The translations under genes and the position numbers were made by a program. The notes under the pieces were generated by a model. It was not told the origin of the DNA, did no database searches, and saw nothing but the letters and a program-made list of their open reading frames with translations. 64,000 nt of DNA, from the NCBI RefSeq assembly GCF_006345805.1, contig NC_042999.1, forward strand, positions 27,962,001-28,026,000, read 5' to 3'. The DNA comes from Octopus sinensis (lineage: Eukaryota). Shown in pieces: positions 1 to 12,278 of the stretch (position 1 is the first letter of the stretch; each line of letters starts with the position of its first letter).

Positions 1-44
<44 letters not shown>

Positions 45-322
45 GGTGGAGAAAGAAAAAGAGAGAGAAAGTATGTCAAATCTATATATTTAATATGTGC
101 TGTGAAATTAGGCCCCGAGATTAAGCCACAGAGATTTCAGCAGTTTGGAATCAGAAACAAATAAACTAGTTTTGTCTTCAAAAATATTACCAGAGATTTC
201 TTTCTTATTCTAGTTACTAAAACGTACCTATGTTTATGAACCCGTAAATATATATATATATATATAATATTTAAAGAGCTTGCTAAACAGTAAACGCAAA
301 TCTTTCTGCTCGTATGAAAATA

Positions 323-735
323 TACTCTTTTACTCGTTTCAGTCATTTGACTGCGGCCATGCTGGAGCACCGCCTTTAGTCGAGCAACTCGACCCCGGGA
401 CTTATTCCTTTTGTAAGCCCAGTACTTATTCTATCGGTCTCTTTTTGCCGAACCGCTAAGTGACGGGGACGTAAACACACCAGCATCGGTTGTCAAGCAA
501 TGCTAGGGGAACAAACACAGACACACAAACACACACACACACACACATACATATATATATATACATATATACGACAGGCTTCTTTCAGTTTCCATCTACC
601 AAATCCACTCACAAAGCATTGGTCGACCCGGGGCTATAGCAGAAGACACTTGCCCAAGATGCCACGCAGTGGGACTGAACCCGGAACCATGTGGTTGGTA
701 GACAAGCTACTTACCACACAGCCACTCCTGCGCCT
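323..735 (-). mobile_element. tRNA-head CORE-type SINE (family A), full length
   Basis: Minus strand reads AGGCGCAGGAGTGGCTGTGTGGTAAGTAGC head with GGTTCCGGGTTCAGTCCC B-box-like motif, CORE-like CTTGGGCAAGTG, internal (TA)/(CA) tract and (AAAAGAGT)n tail. Confidence 0.85.
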
Positions 736-904
736 ATATTGATTAAAATATTTTTATTTCTTCACCTCGTTTGGAAGACCCGATCTTGTTAAATGAATTT
801 ATAATCATTTGCATCAAATATAAGATTTTGTTGAAAAACCTTAAAAAAATTCTCACGCAGTACATTACTTTTATACCTCACATAAGTTTTCTTTCTTCAT
901 TTAG

Positions 905-1037
905 ATATAAAGCTGAAATGACAGTGAATGCACCACCCGCAACAGTCTTTGAATACATCGATCCCTGGCCCGATTCACCGAGGCTGAAGTGGGACAACAG
1001 GATGAAAGGTATTGAAACGCTAAAAAAATTCGACAAG
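905..1037 (+). CDS. STARD5: START-domain protein (STARD4/5/6 group, STARD5-like), first coding exon in window; gene starts upstream of window
   Basis: Acceptor tttcttcatttag|A at 904/905 and donor AAG|gtttgt at 1037/1038; 133 nt, phase 2 to 0. Encodes YKAEMTVNAPPATVFEYIDPWPDSPRLKWDNRMKGIETLKKFDK, matching the recalled STARD5 segment YRGEGIV...LRVKWDENVTGFEII. Confidence 0.88.
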
Positions 1038-1753
1038 GTTTGTTAATAAAGTTTTCTACTTGTATTTTTGTTAAGTGTGGATATTCTTGCTTCATACATT
1101 TATTTGGTTCATATCATAAATGACAGGACAACCTGCTTAGGGTCTTTAATTAACTGCCTATGGTATTATCGAGAATTTTTTGAAATTTTATAATTATTCA
1201 CCGAAGAATTTATAATCTAAAATTAGATGAAATAATCTTTTGCAGATTAGTTCTCTAGATCTCTAGTATTAAGTTATTTGATTAAATAATCGCTTCTTTC
1301 TGCATTTTAGACGTAATCTTAAGTTCGTGCGTCTGAGATAATCTAATTATTCTCGGTAAATTTCTGATAATTCATCCAACGCATTTATGACTTATACAAA
1401 ATGAGATTTAATATTCATCCACTCACCGCCAGGAAACTCAAGCTAATGTCACCTAGCAGTCGTTTAGCTCAGCAGATAAGGAAACATGTACGTGCACTAG
1501 TCTCTTTTTGCCAGTTCACCAACATTTTTACTTCGGGAATATTTCAGAGTATTTTATAAAAAATATACTAATATTTGTAATATGAAGGATTTGTCTTCAT
1601 ACATTATATTTTAGTGTTATCAAAGTTTAGGCCTCTTTAAGTTAATATTCTCAAGAGAAGCTGAAACTGAGCTAACGAAACAAACCACTTATCACTTTGG
1701 CAGTTCCGTTCGCTGACCAAAGTGAGAATGAAGAGTCCAAGAAGACTGATCTT

Positions 1754-2177
1754 GGATCTTTTCGGTTTGAACGGCAGTTTTTAACATAATTTCTAGGTAA
1801 CTAAATAATTTTAAACTTCGTATACTGGTAGAATGTGTTTATAAAACATCTTTTTCTTTTGGCTTTATTGAGAAAATTCTATAGTTTGTAAGATATTTGT
1901 TGTTTTTTCTTCAATTTCTGCAATTTCTATCAATCAATTACGTCCATTGAGGTAAAAAAAAACATTCTGTGCCATATGAATATATCCCTCGTTTAAGAAA
2001 CAGATTGTGTTTATTTACATTTGTGAAGAAAAAAAGATACCCTTCCACCACCCCTAACCCAAACCCTAACCCTAAAACAGATAGAAATACAAGAGATCGA
2101 TACTAGGGTCATAATTATGGGTGACAATTTCATATGACACCGCTAGAAAAAATCTGCCGTTCAAACCGAAAAGATCC
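1754..2177. mobile_element. MITE with GGATCTTTTCGGTTTGAACGGCAG terminal inverted repeats (family G)
   Basis: TIRs at both ends (CTGCCGTTCAAACCGAAAAGATCC ends 2177); internal (CCCTAA)n; no TSD apparent. Confidence 0.85.
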
Positions 2178-2898
2178 CCTGAGATTTCTTACAGATATTG
2201 TTTTGTTGTTGTTTTTTTATGAGGTTGGTTGTGTGTGTGTGTGTGTGTGTGTGTGTTTGTTCGTGGTGTGATTACATATTTGGGTGTTATTGAGTATCTG
2301 ATTGTTATTGTTGTGCTGGTTGCGTTTGTTGTTTTTTATACGGATGACTGAATTGGAGGCCCTTGGTAGTTCCTTCCACTGTTTTGAGTTTCTATAGTGA
2401 TACGATATTCTTCTCTTTTTCTTTCTCTTGGTTATTCTCATGACATAACCATTCTCCATTGTTCTCCTCCTGCTTGTCGTCATTTAATGAGAGTCAGAAG
2501 GGAAGTCAAATGCTGCTTAGTGCATGAGTATGGCTTTACTGCTTGTATTAATTTATCTGCGAAGAGAAGAGAGTATTCCCGTGAGGTTCTTCCTTCAAAA
2601 GTGACGGCGCCTTTTGCAGCTCTGCGTGTGATGTTTTTTTGCTCTTGTTGCTACTTGCTTTGATTTTAATGTAACCATGACTGTAGTTTTGGCAGCAAGG
2701 ATAGTTTTACACTCCTCCCTTTCAAACAGAAACCTTTCTGATTTTCGATTACTACTACTTGTAAGGCACATAGGCCTTCTTTCTTCTCTCATAACACTCA
2801 TTATTTGGTTATCAGTGGTTAAGCTAATACAGTGTGGAGCCGTTTACAAGACAACAGGTGTCAGTAACATCTGATGCTGGAGCTGAATCTCTTACCAG

Positions 2899-3308
2899 GG
2901 ATCTTTTCGGTTTGAACGGCAGTTTTTTCTAGCGTTGTCATATGAAATTGTCACCCATAATTATGACCCTAGTATCGATCTATTGCATTTCAATCTGTTT
3001 TAGGGTTAGGGTTAGGGGTGGGGGGAAAGGTATCTTTTTTTCTTCACAAATGTAAATAAACCCAATCTGTTTCTTAAACGAGGGACATCTTCATACGGCA
3101 CAGAATGTTGTTTACTTCAATGGACGTCAGTGATTGGTTGAAATTGCAGAAATTGAAGAAAAAAAACGACAAATATCTTACAAACTATAGAATTTTCTCA
3201 ATAAAGCCAAGAGAAAAAGATGTTTTATAAACACATTCTTACGAAGTTTAAAATTTTTTAGTTACCTAGAAATTATGTTAAAAACTGCCGTTCAAACCGA
3301 AAAGATCC
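2899..3308. mobile_element. Family G MITE, opposite orientation to 1754-2177
   Basis: Both TIRs present; interior is the reverse complement of the 1754 copy (TTAGGG tract near 3000). Confidence 0.85.
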
Positions 3309-4193
3309 AGTTTTTTTTTTTGCACCTCTCTATGTCGTTTCAGTTGCATTTCAGAGTACTGGAGTATTGTGTAAGGTGAAATATCACGGACTGTAAACCT
3401 GATCACACGTTTCTCTGTGTATTATGTTAGGACTGTATAATCACCAGAGGAGCATACTATTGACTATAGCCTAACCTCCTCTTAACTAGTGCATAATAGT
3501 TATAACTGAAACGAACACTTTGTATGTTTACATGTCATATTTCGTACCTAATATCTCTTAGACGCTTTTCCGCTTGCGTTGGTGTCGGATTGCCGACTTA
3601 CCAAATTTTACCGTTGACGCCATTTTTTTTTTTTTTTTTACCTTAAACGAGTATGTTGCATACAAAATTTACGAATTCCACCTTAAAGAGCGAAAACAAA
3701 ATGCAACTAACCAGTTCCCTAGGATTTGCAACAAAATAGTACAAAGGTTTTAAGCGTAAGTTTCTTAAAACAAACAAAAACCAACATTCTTGAGAGCGCT
3801 CTGATGGGGGTTTCATACTGATATAAAATCAAAATAGTAGTAGTAGTAGTATGGGCACAGGGCCAGAAATTTGTGATAGCAGAAAAGTCGACTCTATCCT
3901 CTTTCCGATATTTGACTAATTCTTTGTTTTAATAGCGCCAGACAGATTAAAAGCATGAGTGACCTTGGCAGGGTTTGAACTCAAAAGGTAAAACTCCGTA
4001 TACTAAATCGCACAATACATTTATTCAATGTTCTAACGATTCTGTCAAAGTACCACTCTTATGTTAATAACAATCCCAAATTTTAGAGCAGATAGATATA
4101 TCATTGTGTTGCCTGTTTTCTGAGTGCTGGGCGTAGGTTGATTTCAGTTGGATGAGTGCACATTAGGAATATGTGTGTGTGTATAAACATACA

Positions 4194-4284
<91 letters not shown>

Positions 4285-4286
4285 TA

Positions 4287-4327
<41 letters not shown>

Positions 4328-4384
4328 GTAGTCGTATATTGTCAACTTAATGTGACAGTCCCATGAAGGGAATCGCACCACTCT

Positions 4385-4628
4385 GAGACCTTCGGCTGTA
4401 TACCGTGCTTGACAAGACCCGTCAAACCAAGTGAAATCGTAGTTGTGGCCATGTAACTAGCACTTCGTGCCGGTGGCACGTAAAAAGCACCCATTACACT
4501 CTTGGAGAGGTTGGCATTAAGAAGGGCATCCAGCCGTAGAAACCATGCCAAATCCGATTGGAATCTGGTACAACCCTCCAGTTTACCAGTTTCAGTCAAA
4601 CTGTCCAACCCATGGAACACAGACGCTA
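4385..4628 (+). mobile_element. SINE-like family C (GGAAGGGCATCC core, GTGCCGGTGGCAC palindromic modules)
   Basis: Shares GGCATT/GTTAGGAAGGGCATCCAGC core with copies at 11568, 19911, 33627, 40455, 42180, 47384, 50998 and 51330. Confidence 0.7.
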
Positions 4629-4759
4629 ATGTTTTTTGAAATTTTTCGTTGCACAACCTGTGACCGCTTCAACGACTCTCCATATCACATGTCTCCTCCT
4701 GTTCCGTTTAGTCCATTCTGAAGAAGTCACTAAAATAATGATAATAATAAAGCTGAAGT

Positions 4760-5297
4760 GAAGACCAAGTGTTTGTTGTATTTCGGAATGGTGATTTTGC
4801 CAGTTTAGCCAATAAAAACACACGCACTATATATTTGGTGTTATTTAGCTTCAGTGTTATTTATTTTTTACATTAATCTTAATCTTATTTCGGCCAGAGT
4901 TCTCTCGTCACACTCCTGTGACCACATCAGTGGTCCTTTGCTTTCTTCTTTCTTATTTGTGTGTCTCTCCTTACTAGCCGTCAGCCATTTTGTATTTCTG
5001 TTGTATGTGTCTTCATTTGCGCATGCGTATATCTCTATGTACGTCTGTGTTAGTGTGTGTCTGTGGGGAAATGCCTGTATACGTTCTCTTTACTCTTTTA
5101 CTTGTTTCAGTCATTTGACTGCGGCCATGCTGGAGCACCGCCTTTAGTCGAGAAAATCGACCCCGGGACTTATTCTTTGTAAGCCCAGTACTTATTCTAT
5201 CGGTCTCTTTTGCCTAACCGCTAAGTAACGGGGACATAAACACACCAGCATCGGTTGTCAAGCAATGCTAGGGGGACAAACACAGACACACAAACAT

Positions 5298-5334
<37 letters not shown>

Positions 5335-5580
5335 CATATATACGACAGGCTTCTTTCAGTTTCCGTCTACCAAATCCACTCACAAGGCATTGGTCAGCCC
5401 AAGGCTATAGCAGAAGACACTTGCCCAAGATGCCACGCAGTGGGACTGAACCCGGAACCATGTGGTTGGTTAGCAAGCTACTTACCACACAGCCACTCCT
5501 GCGCCTTTGTGTAATTTGTTTTTGTTTTTGTTTATTCTTATTTTGTTCATGTGTTTACATCCACTTATTATCATTATTAT
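4760..5580. repeat. Unclassified interspersed repeat interrupted by a family A SINE; uninterrupted copy inverted at ~22960-23410
   Basis: About 400 bp of shared sequence (cttatttcggccagagttct...gtgtcttcatttgcgcatg) in opposite orientation at 23.0-23.4 kb. Confidence 0.75.
5086..5506 (-). mobile_element. Family A SINE, full length
   Basis: Same head, CORE-like segment and tail as 323-735. Confidence 0.85.
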
Positions 5581-6473
5581 TATCATCAAGACCAAGGGCA
5601 TATGGTTAATTGGCAAAAAATATGACGACCCTCAAATAATAACAGAATCTATAATATACTCTCAGATATACAATATCTGGGGAAAAAGTCGTATGATCAC
5701 ACTAGGACATTTCTGATCTCGGTTCTTTTATTTGATTTTGACTGACTAAGGTTAAGCAACAACAGCAGCAGGAACAACAAGGAGAACAAAGATAATGTAA
5801 GGAACACTACATGGTTGCTCAAAATGCTAGACATAGGAAAGAAATCTAACTCAAATTACAGTGCTGAAAGAAAGGAAAAAAGTTGAAACTAAGTCCGCTC
5901 TGTCATGGCTGACCTAAGGTTAATTGCAACAACAACAACAACGACGACGACGACGGTGACAACAACAATAACAACAAAACAAATAAAATTACGAATACTT
6001 CCAAGCCTGTCTTTGTGTTGTAACATTAATACAATGACATTAATAGCCGTCGTTTACATTTGTTTATCTGTCTATAAAATTGTAGAGAAACACAATAGAA
6101 GCCGTGGAAGATTTTCGCAGCTATCTCCCATGGATAAGAATGGCTACATATTAATTTAGGGAATTGTCTCACGATAGATATCGAAGTCTGTCTGTCTGTC
6201 TACACATACACACATCACGTTTACATATGTAGATATATTTGCAGAATATTTTACGTGGTTATGTGTGTGAATGTGTGTATAAACGTCCATACCCACAGGT
6301 GTGTGTGTGTGTGGGGGGGGGTGCGTGAGTGCACAGGAAATTTTCTGCCGAAAATATCCGTGCGTCGCAGACGAAAATGAAAGACAATAAGATTTCTATT
6401 TTCAGTTTCTATCAGGAAAAAAAAAACAAACCCACAAAACAAAACAAAAACAAAAACAAGAGACGTCAATGTA

Positions 6474-6474
6474 T

Positions 6475-6513
<39 letters not shown>

Positions 6514-6600
6514 CGATGACGACGACGACGACGACGACGATGACGACGATGACGTCGAAAATGACGATGAGGATAACGTTGATAACGATGGAAGCGACAT
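6474..6600. repeat. (GAT)n/(GAC)n compound microsatellite
   Basis: Direct reading; source of the poly-D and poly-H/R ORFs. Confidence 0.95.
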
Positions 6601-6888
6601 TGGTGATGCTTAAGGAACATTAGGGGTATTTGTCTCCCCTTCGTAAATATATAAGGACACAGGAAAAAATGTGTCGAAGCCATCAGGAGGCGTCGATGCT
6701 TCCTAGGGCTAAACAGCGGTGGTGTAATCCCCTACTGTCACGTTAGATTGACAGTATACAACCATTCTATCGCCCCACCACCGTACATATCTCTATGAGA
6801 GATTTAGAAATTTAATATTTCTGAATTAATATTTCATCTATCCCATATCAACACAAAGAGGGCCGATATTCACACACACACACACACA

Positions 6889-6930
<42 letters not shown>

Positions 6931-7116
6931 CCACCCACACACACACACATGCACACACACACACACACATATGCACACACATGCACACACACACACACAT
7001 TACAATGCCGGTTGGTAACGATCTCTCATGGGAAATTCTCGGTTCTTCATACTATGGACTTTTTAACCAAACGCAGTCAAATCTACCTGTTCTCTTTACC
7101 CTTTCCTTTTAGTACA

Positions 7117-7411
7117 TCTTTATATATAAAACTGTAGTTGTGTGAGTGTCTGTCTCCTTCGATTTAGATTCCTAACTACTCCCACATTTTGCGGTGCAGT
7201 TTAACCAAAAGCGGGTATCTTATAGTCGTGATTCATATCGAGCCCTTCTGGGTATTAGCGCGCGGCTACGATTTTAAAAAATATTTACCATAATTTTTCC
7301 GCATTTTTAATCCATTTTTCGCTCGGTTTTATATAAGGGAAGTAACTCTCTAAAAATGCTTATATAGTTATTTCCCTTACAAACCCGAGCAACGCCGGGC
7401 CATACTGCTAG
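7117..7411 (+). mobile_element. Non-autonomous Helitron
   Basis: 5' TCTTTATATATAAAA, 3' hairpin CCCGAGCAACGCCGGG then CTAG (7408-7411), inserted between A and T with no TSD; related copy at 23648-24042. Confidence 0.85.
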
Positions 7412-7897
7412 TTTAGAATAACTCTCAGTCATATACTGCCTTTAGCTTAACCTTTTCAGATAAACTCCTTTTACTTCAAAAATATTTGACTGTGGAGCAA
7501 AGCATCCACCAAGTATTCCACATGTTTTGCTTAGTTTTCAGTTACAGGCAATTCTCCCGGTAATTTCTGGTAACTCCCCCAGAAATACCGTAATTCTCAC
7601 AGAAAGAATCTTCCTGCAGACGTGGAATTGCTGCAAGTAGACTTTTATTGTTAATGTGGTTTACTAGGAATTACTGATTAAGAGAAACGAACAACTTGTG
7701 AATTCCATAGAGAATTGTCAAGACTGACTTCTAGAAAATATTCCAGTTTGCATTTACGAATAAAATGAGAGAGAGAGAAGGTGGAGGGGGAGGGAAGGAG
7801 GGCAGACATAATGTATATCAGGTATAAGGTTGGATACTGATCATGGGGCTGGTTAACTAGACTGCTTTTATTTTTCATTCATCGATTTATAAACATT

Positions 7898-8019
7898 CAC
7901 ATGGTTCCGGGTTCAGTCCCACTGCGTGGCATCTTGGGCAAGTGTCTTTTGCTATTGCCCCGGGCCGACCAATGCCTTGTGAGTGGATTTGGTAGATGGA
8001 AACTGAAAGGAGCCTGTCG

Positions 8020-8050
<31 letters not shown>

Positions 8051-8261
8051 TTGTGTGTCTGTGTTTGTCCCCCTAGCATTGCTTGACAACCGATGCTGGT
8101 GTGTTTACGTCCCCGTCACTTAGCGGTTCGGCAAAAGAGACCGATAGAATAAGTACTGGGCTTACAAAGAATAAGTCCCGGGGTCGATTTGCTCGACTAA
8201 AGGCGGTGCTCCAGCATGGCCACTGTCAAATGACTGAAACAAGTAAAAGAGTTAAAAGAGA
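7898..8261 (+). mobile_element. Family A SINE, 5'-truncated
   Basis: Starts at ACATGGTTCCGGG; tail AAGTAAAAGAG. Confidence 0.8.
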
Positions 8262-8789
8262 GTATACATACATATATATATACATGTATATTTACATATA
8301 TTTTGGACTGTTAACCCTTACCTATTTTTTCTCTCTCCCTTTTATTTTCGTTCTCTCCCCAATTTTTCCCTCAGTCCCTTCCATCGAAGAACAAAGGTAC
8401 GAAACGTTTTGAAGACTTTTCCTTTCTTCCCAAGCGTTAAACTAATATACCTGCTTGTTTTTCCCTCACCTGTCATTGTCATCATCATCATCATCGAGCT
8501 ATCTTCGTAATTTAATCAACAAGCCTCGCCCCATACCTATCATTAAAGGTTCCTTTCTAAAATAATCTAGTCACAGCACCATTGCTATCTCCATTACTAA
8601 CAACCATTGCTAATAACCACCACTACTAACATCTCAACAAACACTACAAATATCACAACCATCACTACTATTTCTACAACCACTTCTACTAATACCATAA
8701 ACACCTCTACCATCACCGTGACCACAACTACAAACACCATGAACACTTCTATCAATATCACATTAACATGCCTATAGAGTTTTTCTTGA

Positions 8790-9330
8790 ACAAGCAGTGC
8801 TCCTCTGTAACACTGCCAGGCCAGAGATTTTTGGAAATCCTCTATGGGTCCCAGCTCAAAGTCCTGAACAAACCAGCCGGCTGATCCTCATGTACTCTCA
8901 GAGTCTCCTTGTGAACATCATAACTCTTGCCCGCCATTAAACCACTACAGAATGCCAAAGTTCAAAGTTGAAAACAACCCCTACAAATACTACAGCTGCT
9001 ACCACTTACCTCTCGAAAGAGCTGTTCTTCACTCCTGCTCCAGAGCGTCGACTGCGGGGTCACTCCGAAAAGCTTTATCTGCGACGATTTCATCTCAATC
9101 GAAGGAGAGGGGCTTTCTCCGTCCAGGTTGTGGATCCATGGAATAAACTGCCGGACGAGATAGTGAAGATGCTGACGGCCGCTCAGTTCAAAGCCTCTCT
9201 TGACCAGAAATGGCCTGAACTCTTTGCATGAACACCCTCCCTGTACATAACTCCATGTCCCCCTACATGGCCTTGCTTTTTGCTTTTTGAGCCAAAAAAT
9301 TAACTTAACTTAACTTAACTTAACTTAACT
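8790..9330 (+). mobile_element. CR1-clade LINE 3' end remnant with (TTAAC)n tail
   Basis: ORF 8968-9231 RLRGHSEKL...FSVQVVDPWNKLPDEIV...FKASLD matches the CR1 ORF2 C-terminus; tail at ~9300-9330; second copy at 36372-36720. Confidence 0.8.
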
Positions 9331-9795
9331 ACTACTACTGATACTACTACAACTACCAACTCTGCAAAGACGACTTCCCCATCAACACTCTATCTTTCTA
9401 CCTACCTCTGCCAGACAATAACTCATAATAGCCGTAATGTTGATTCACAGATTTACAACTAAATAAACACATGAACAAGTCCTCCTCCCATCAAGAAAGT
9501 GAATAAATAAATGAATGGAAGGAAAAAATTAATAAATCAATCAATGAATGTTAGATGAATCAAAGAATGAATGAAGGTAGGAATATAATGAGTGAAAGAA
9601 AGTACTGAAGGAACGTAAAGAATGAAAACATATAATGAATAAATAGAATGACTAAAGGAAAATTATGAATGAGGGAATTTATAATAAAGGAATGTAATGA
9701 CTGAGGAATATTATGAGTGAAGGAACAATATATATATGTGTGTGTATAGGTATGTATGTAATCTATATTTCTATATAATCTATGTATATATATAT

Positions 9796-10200
9796 AGGTG
9801 TAGGAGTGGCTGTGTGGTAAGTAGCTTGCTTACGAACCACATGGTTCCGGGTTCAGTCCCACTGCGTGGCACCTTCGGCAAGTGTCTTCTGCTATAGCCT
9901 CGGGCCGACCAAAGCCTTGTGAGTGGATTTGGTAGACGGAAACTGAAAGAAGCCCGTCGTATATATGTATATATATGTGTGTGTATGTTTGTGTGTTGTG
10001 TTTGCCCCCCCTCCCCCAACGCTGTTTGACAACCGATGCCGGTGTGTTTACATCACCATAACTTAGCAGTTCAGCAAAAGAGTGTGATAGAATAAGTACT
10101 AGGCTTACAAAGAATAAGTGCTGGGGTTGATTTCCTCGACTAAAGGCAGTGCTCCAGCATGGCCATGGTCAAATGACTGAAGCAAGTAAATGAATAAAAT
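9796..10200 (+). mobile_element. Family A SINE, full length
   Basis: Head AGGTGTAGGAGTGGC through tail. Confidence 0.85.
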
Positions 10201-10282
10201 GAAATGAATAGGTTTGGTGATGCTGACAGGTAAATAGAACTTAAAACACAAACACACGGATGAAGTTGGGGCTAAATTTGAT

Positions 10283-10701
10283 ACTCTCTTTTCTCTTTTA
10301 CTTGTTTCAGTCATTTGACTGCGACCATGCTGGAGCACCGCCTTTAATCGAGCAAATCGACCCCGGGACTTATTCTTTTTTGTAAGCCCAGTACCTATTC
10401 TATTGGTCTCTTTTGCCGAACCGCTAAGTGACGGGGATGTAAACACACCAGCATTGGTTGTCAAGCAATGCTAGGGGGACAAACACAGACACACAAACAC
10501 ACACACACACATACATATATATACATATACATATATACGACAGGCTTCTTTCAGTTTCCGTCTACCAAATCCACTCACAAGGCATTGGTCGGCCCGGGGC
10601 TATAGCAGAAGACACTTGCCCAAGATGTCACGCAGTGGGACTGAACCCGGAACCATGTGGTTGGTTAGCAAGCTACTTACCACACAGCCACTCCTGCGCC
10701 T
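10283..10701 (-). mobile_element. Family A SINE, full length, inverted relative to 9796-10200
   Basis: Tail at 10283, head ends CTCCTGCGCCT at 10701. Confidence 0.85.
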
Positions 10702-10759
10702 GATGTCTTTTTTTTTATGTCACCTTTTTAGCCAGAACAGTTTGATGTATTGGTAAAGC

Positions 10760-11440
10760 ATTGGAAAGCATAAATATTAAAGTTGTAGTTGAGAAAATGC
10801 TAGCTGACACAGGACTAAAAGCCATCAGAATTTAGCAAAAGTTACCTGTGTCATGATGCTTCATGTAAGTATCAAAATGTTGACATCATGGTTGCTGCTC
10901 ATTGCTCGGTGAACACTGTAAAGGCTGTATGACATGACATGGACAGCTACAAAGGAGACTATGAAGTACAAAGGGGACACAGCTGACATTCTGATTGTGT
11001 CCTTACATCAGACTTTATCCTAATATCATTGAGGAAGGCATTGTGCTCAATTCCCATGGTCATGTGAGGCTGCTGGTGACTGGTCAAACCCTGGCTCGAG
11101 AGGGGTACTATCAGAAGGCCATACATGTAGCTGAAGAACTTGGTTTCTTGCCATACATCTGGAAAGATTGAGAACTGGTTGTCGAAGAATGTCCTATGAC
11201 TTCAACAGCCCAAATTTCTGCTCTCCTATTTCCCTTAATTGTAATCCCATAGAATACTCTATGTGGGGCACTGTTGAGAAATACATCAACTGTTCTGCCT
11301 GAATCACTAAGGCTGAGCTTGAGGCCAAAATCAAGGAGTTGTTTGAAGGTCTTCTCAGGGACACAGTAAGGAATGCATGCATTAGATTCTGGATCTGTCT
11401 TGAAACCCTAATGGATGCTGAAGGTGGTTACTTTAAGTAA
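10760..11440 (+). pseudogene. Decayed Tc1/mariner-superfamily (DD37D/maT-like) transposase remnant
   Basis: About 11210-11440 reads NCNPIEYSMWGTVEK..*..LEAKIKELF...VRNACIRF...LETLMDAEGGYFK*, the typical PDxNP(L/I)DY-W and terminal GG-(Y/F) pattern, with internal stops. Left boundary approximate. Confidence 0.6.
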
Positions 11441-11567
11441 ATTGCTATCTCCCAGCCATAATCCAGATCAGCGGCTCTCAACCATTTTTTCCCTATGGAT
11501 CCATTTGATTCCTATTTTACTCTACTGAACTTCCATAGCAATTTGATGTATATAAACATGCATGTGT

Positions 11568-11797
11568 GAAGAGATTCGAGCGAGGTCTTTACCAGTAACC
11601 GCCTGACTGGCCCCAGTGCCAGTGGCACGTAAAAGCACTCACTACGCTCTCGGAGTGGTTGGTGTTAGAAACTCTGCCAGATCAAGATTGGAGCCTGGTG
11701 CAGCCATCTAGTTCGCCAGCCCTCAGTCAAAATCGTCCAACCCATGCTAGCATGGAAAGCGGACGTTAAACGATAATGATGATGGTGATGATGATGA
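11568..11797 (+). mobile_element. Family C element with (GAT)n tail
   Basis: GTGCCAGTGGCAC module, CCATGCTAGCATGG palindrome, GGACGTTAAACGAT tail. Confidence 0.75.
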
Positions 11798-12278
11798 TAA
11801 AAAAAATCATATTGCATTTTTATAATTAAATATTATCAGGCATTGTGTAAAAAAAAAAAATTAAATATTTATTGTAGAAGTATAAACAATTTGTTGCAGA
11901 TAAATTTTAACAAGAAAATTTAATATGGATCCCCTCTGTGTGTAGCCCCTTGTGGGTAGGAAAGAAATATATATATGTATGTATGTATGTATGCATGTAT
12001 GTATGCATATTTGTGTGTGTGCGTGTGTCTTTGTGTCTATGTTTGTTCCCACCGACCACTGCCCGACAACTGATTTTGGTGTGTTTACGTCCCCATAAAT
12101 TAACATTTCGGCAAAAAAAAGAAACCGATAGAATAAGTACTAGGCTTACAAAGAATAAGTCCTGGGGTCGATTTCTTCAACTAAAAACCCTTCAAGGCAG
12201 TGCTCCAGTATGGCTACAAACAAATGACTGGAACATGTAAAGGAATATATAACAAAATGAAAGTGTAGTGAACGACAA

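Noticed and set aside
2050-2075. (CCCTAA)n as an interstitial telomere or fusion scar
   Set aside because: Only 3-4 units, at the same internal position of several family G MITEs.
4880-4935. Hammerhead-like CTGATGT...GGCCGAAA on the minus strand (also ~23255-23300)
   Set aside because: A9 is U, no stem III/UH or stem I can be formed, and GACCA-CTGATG-TGGTC folds as a simple hairpin.
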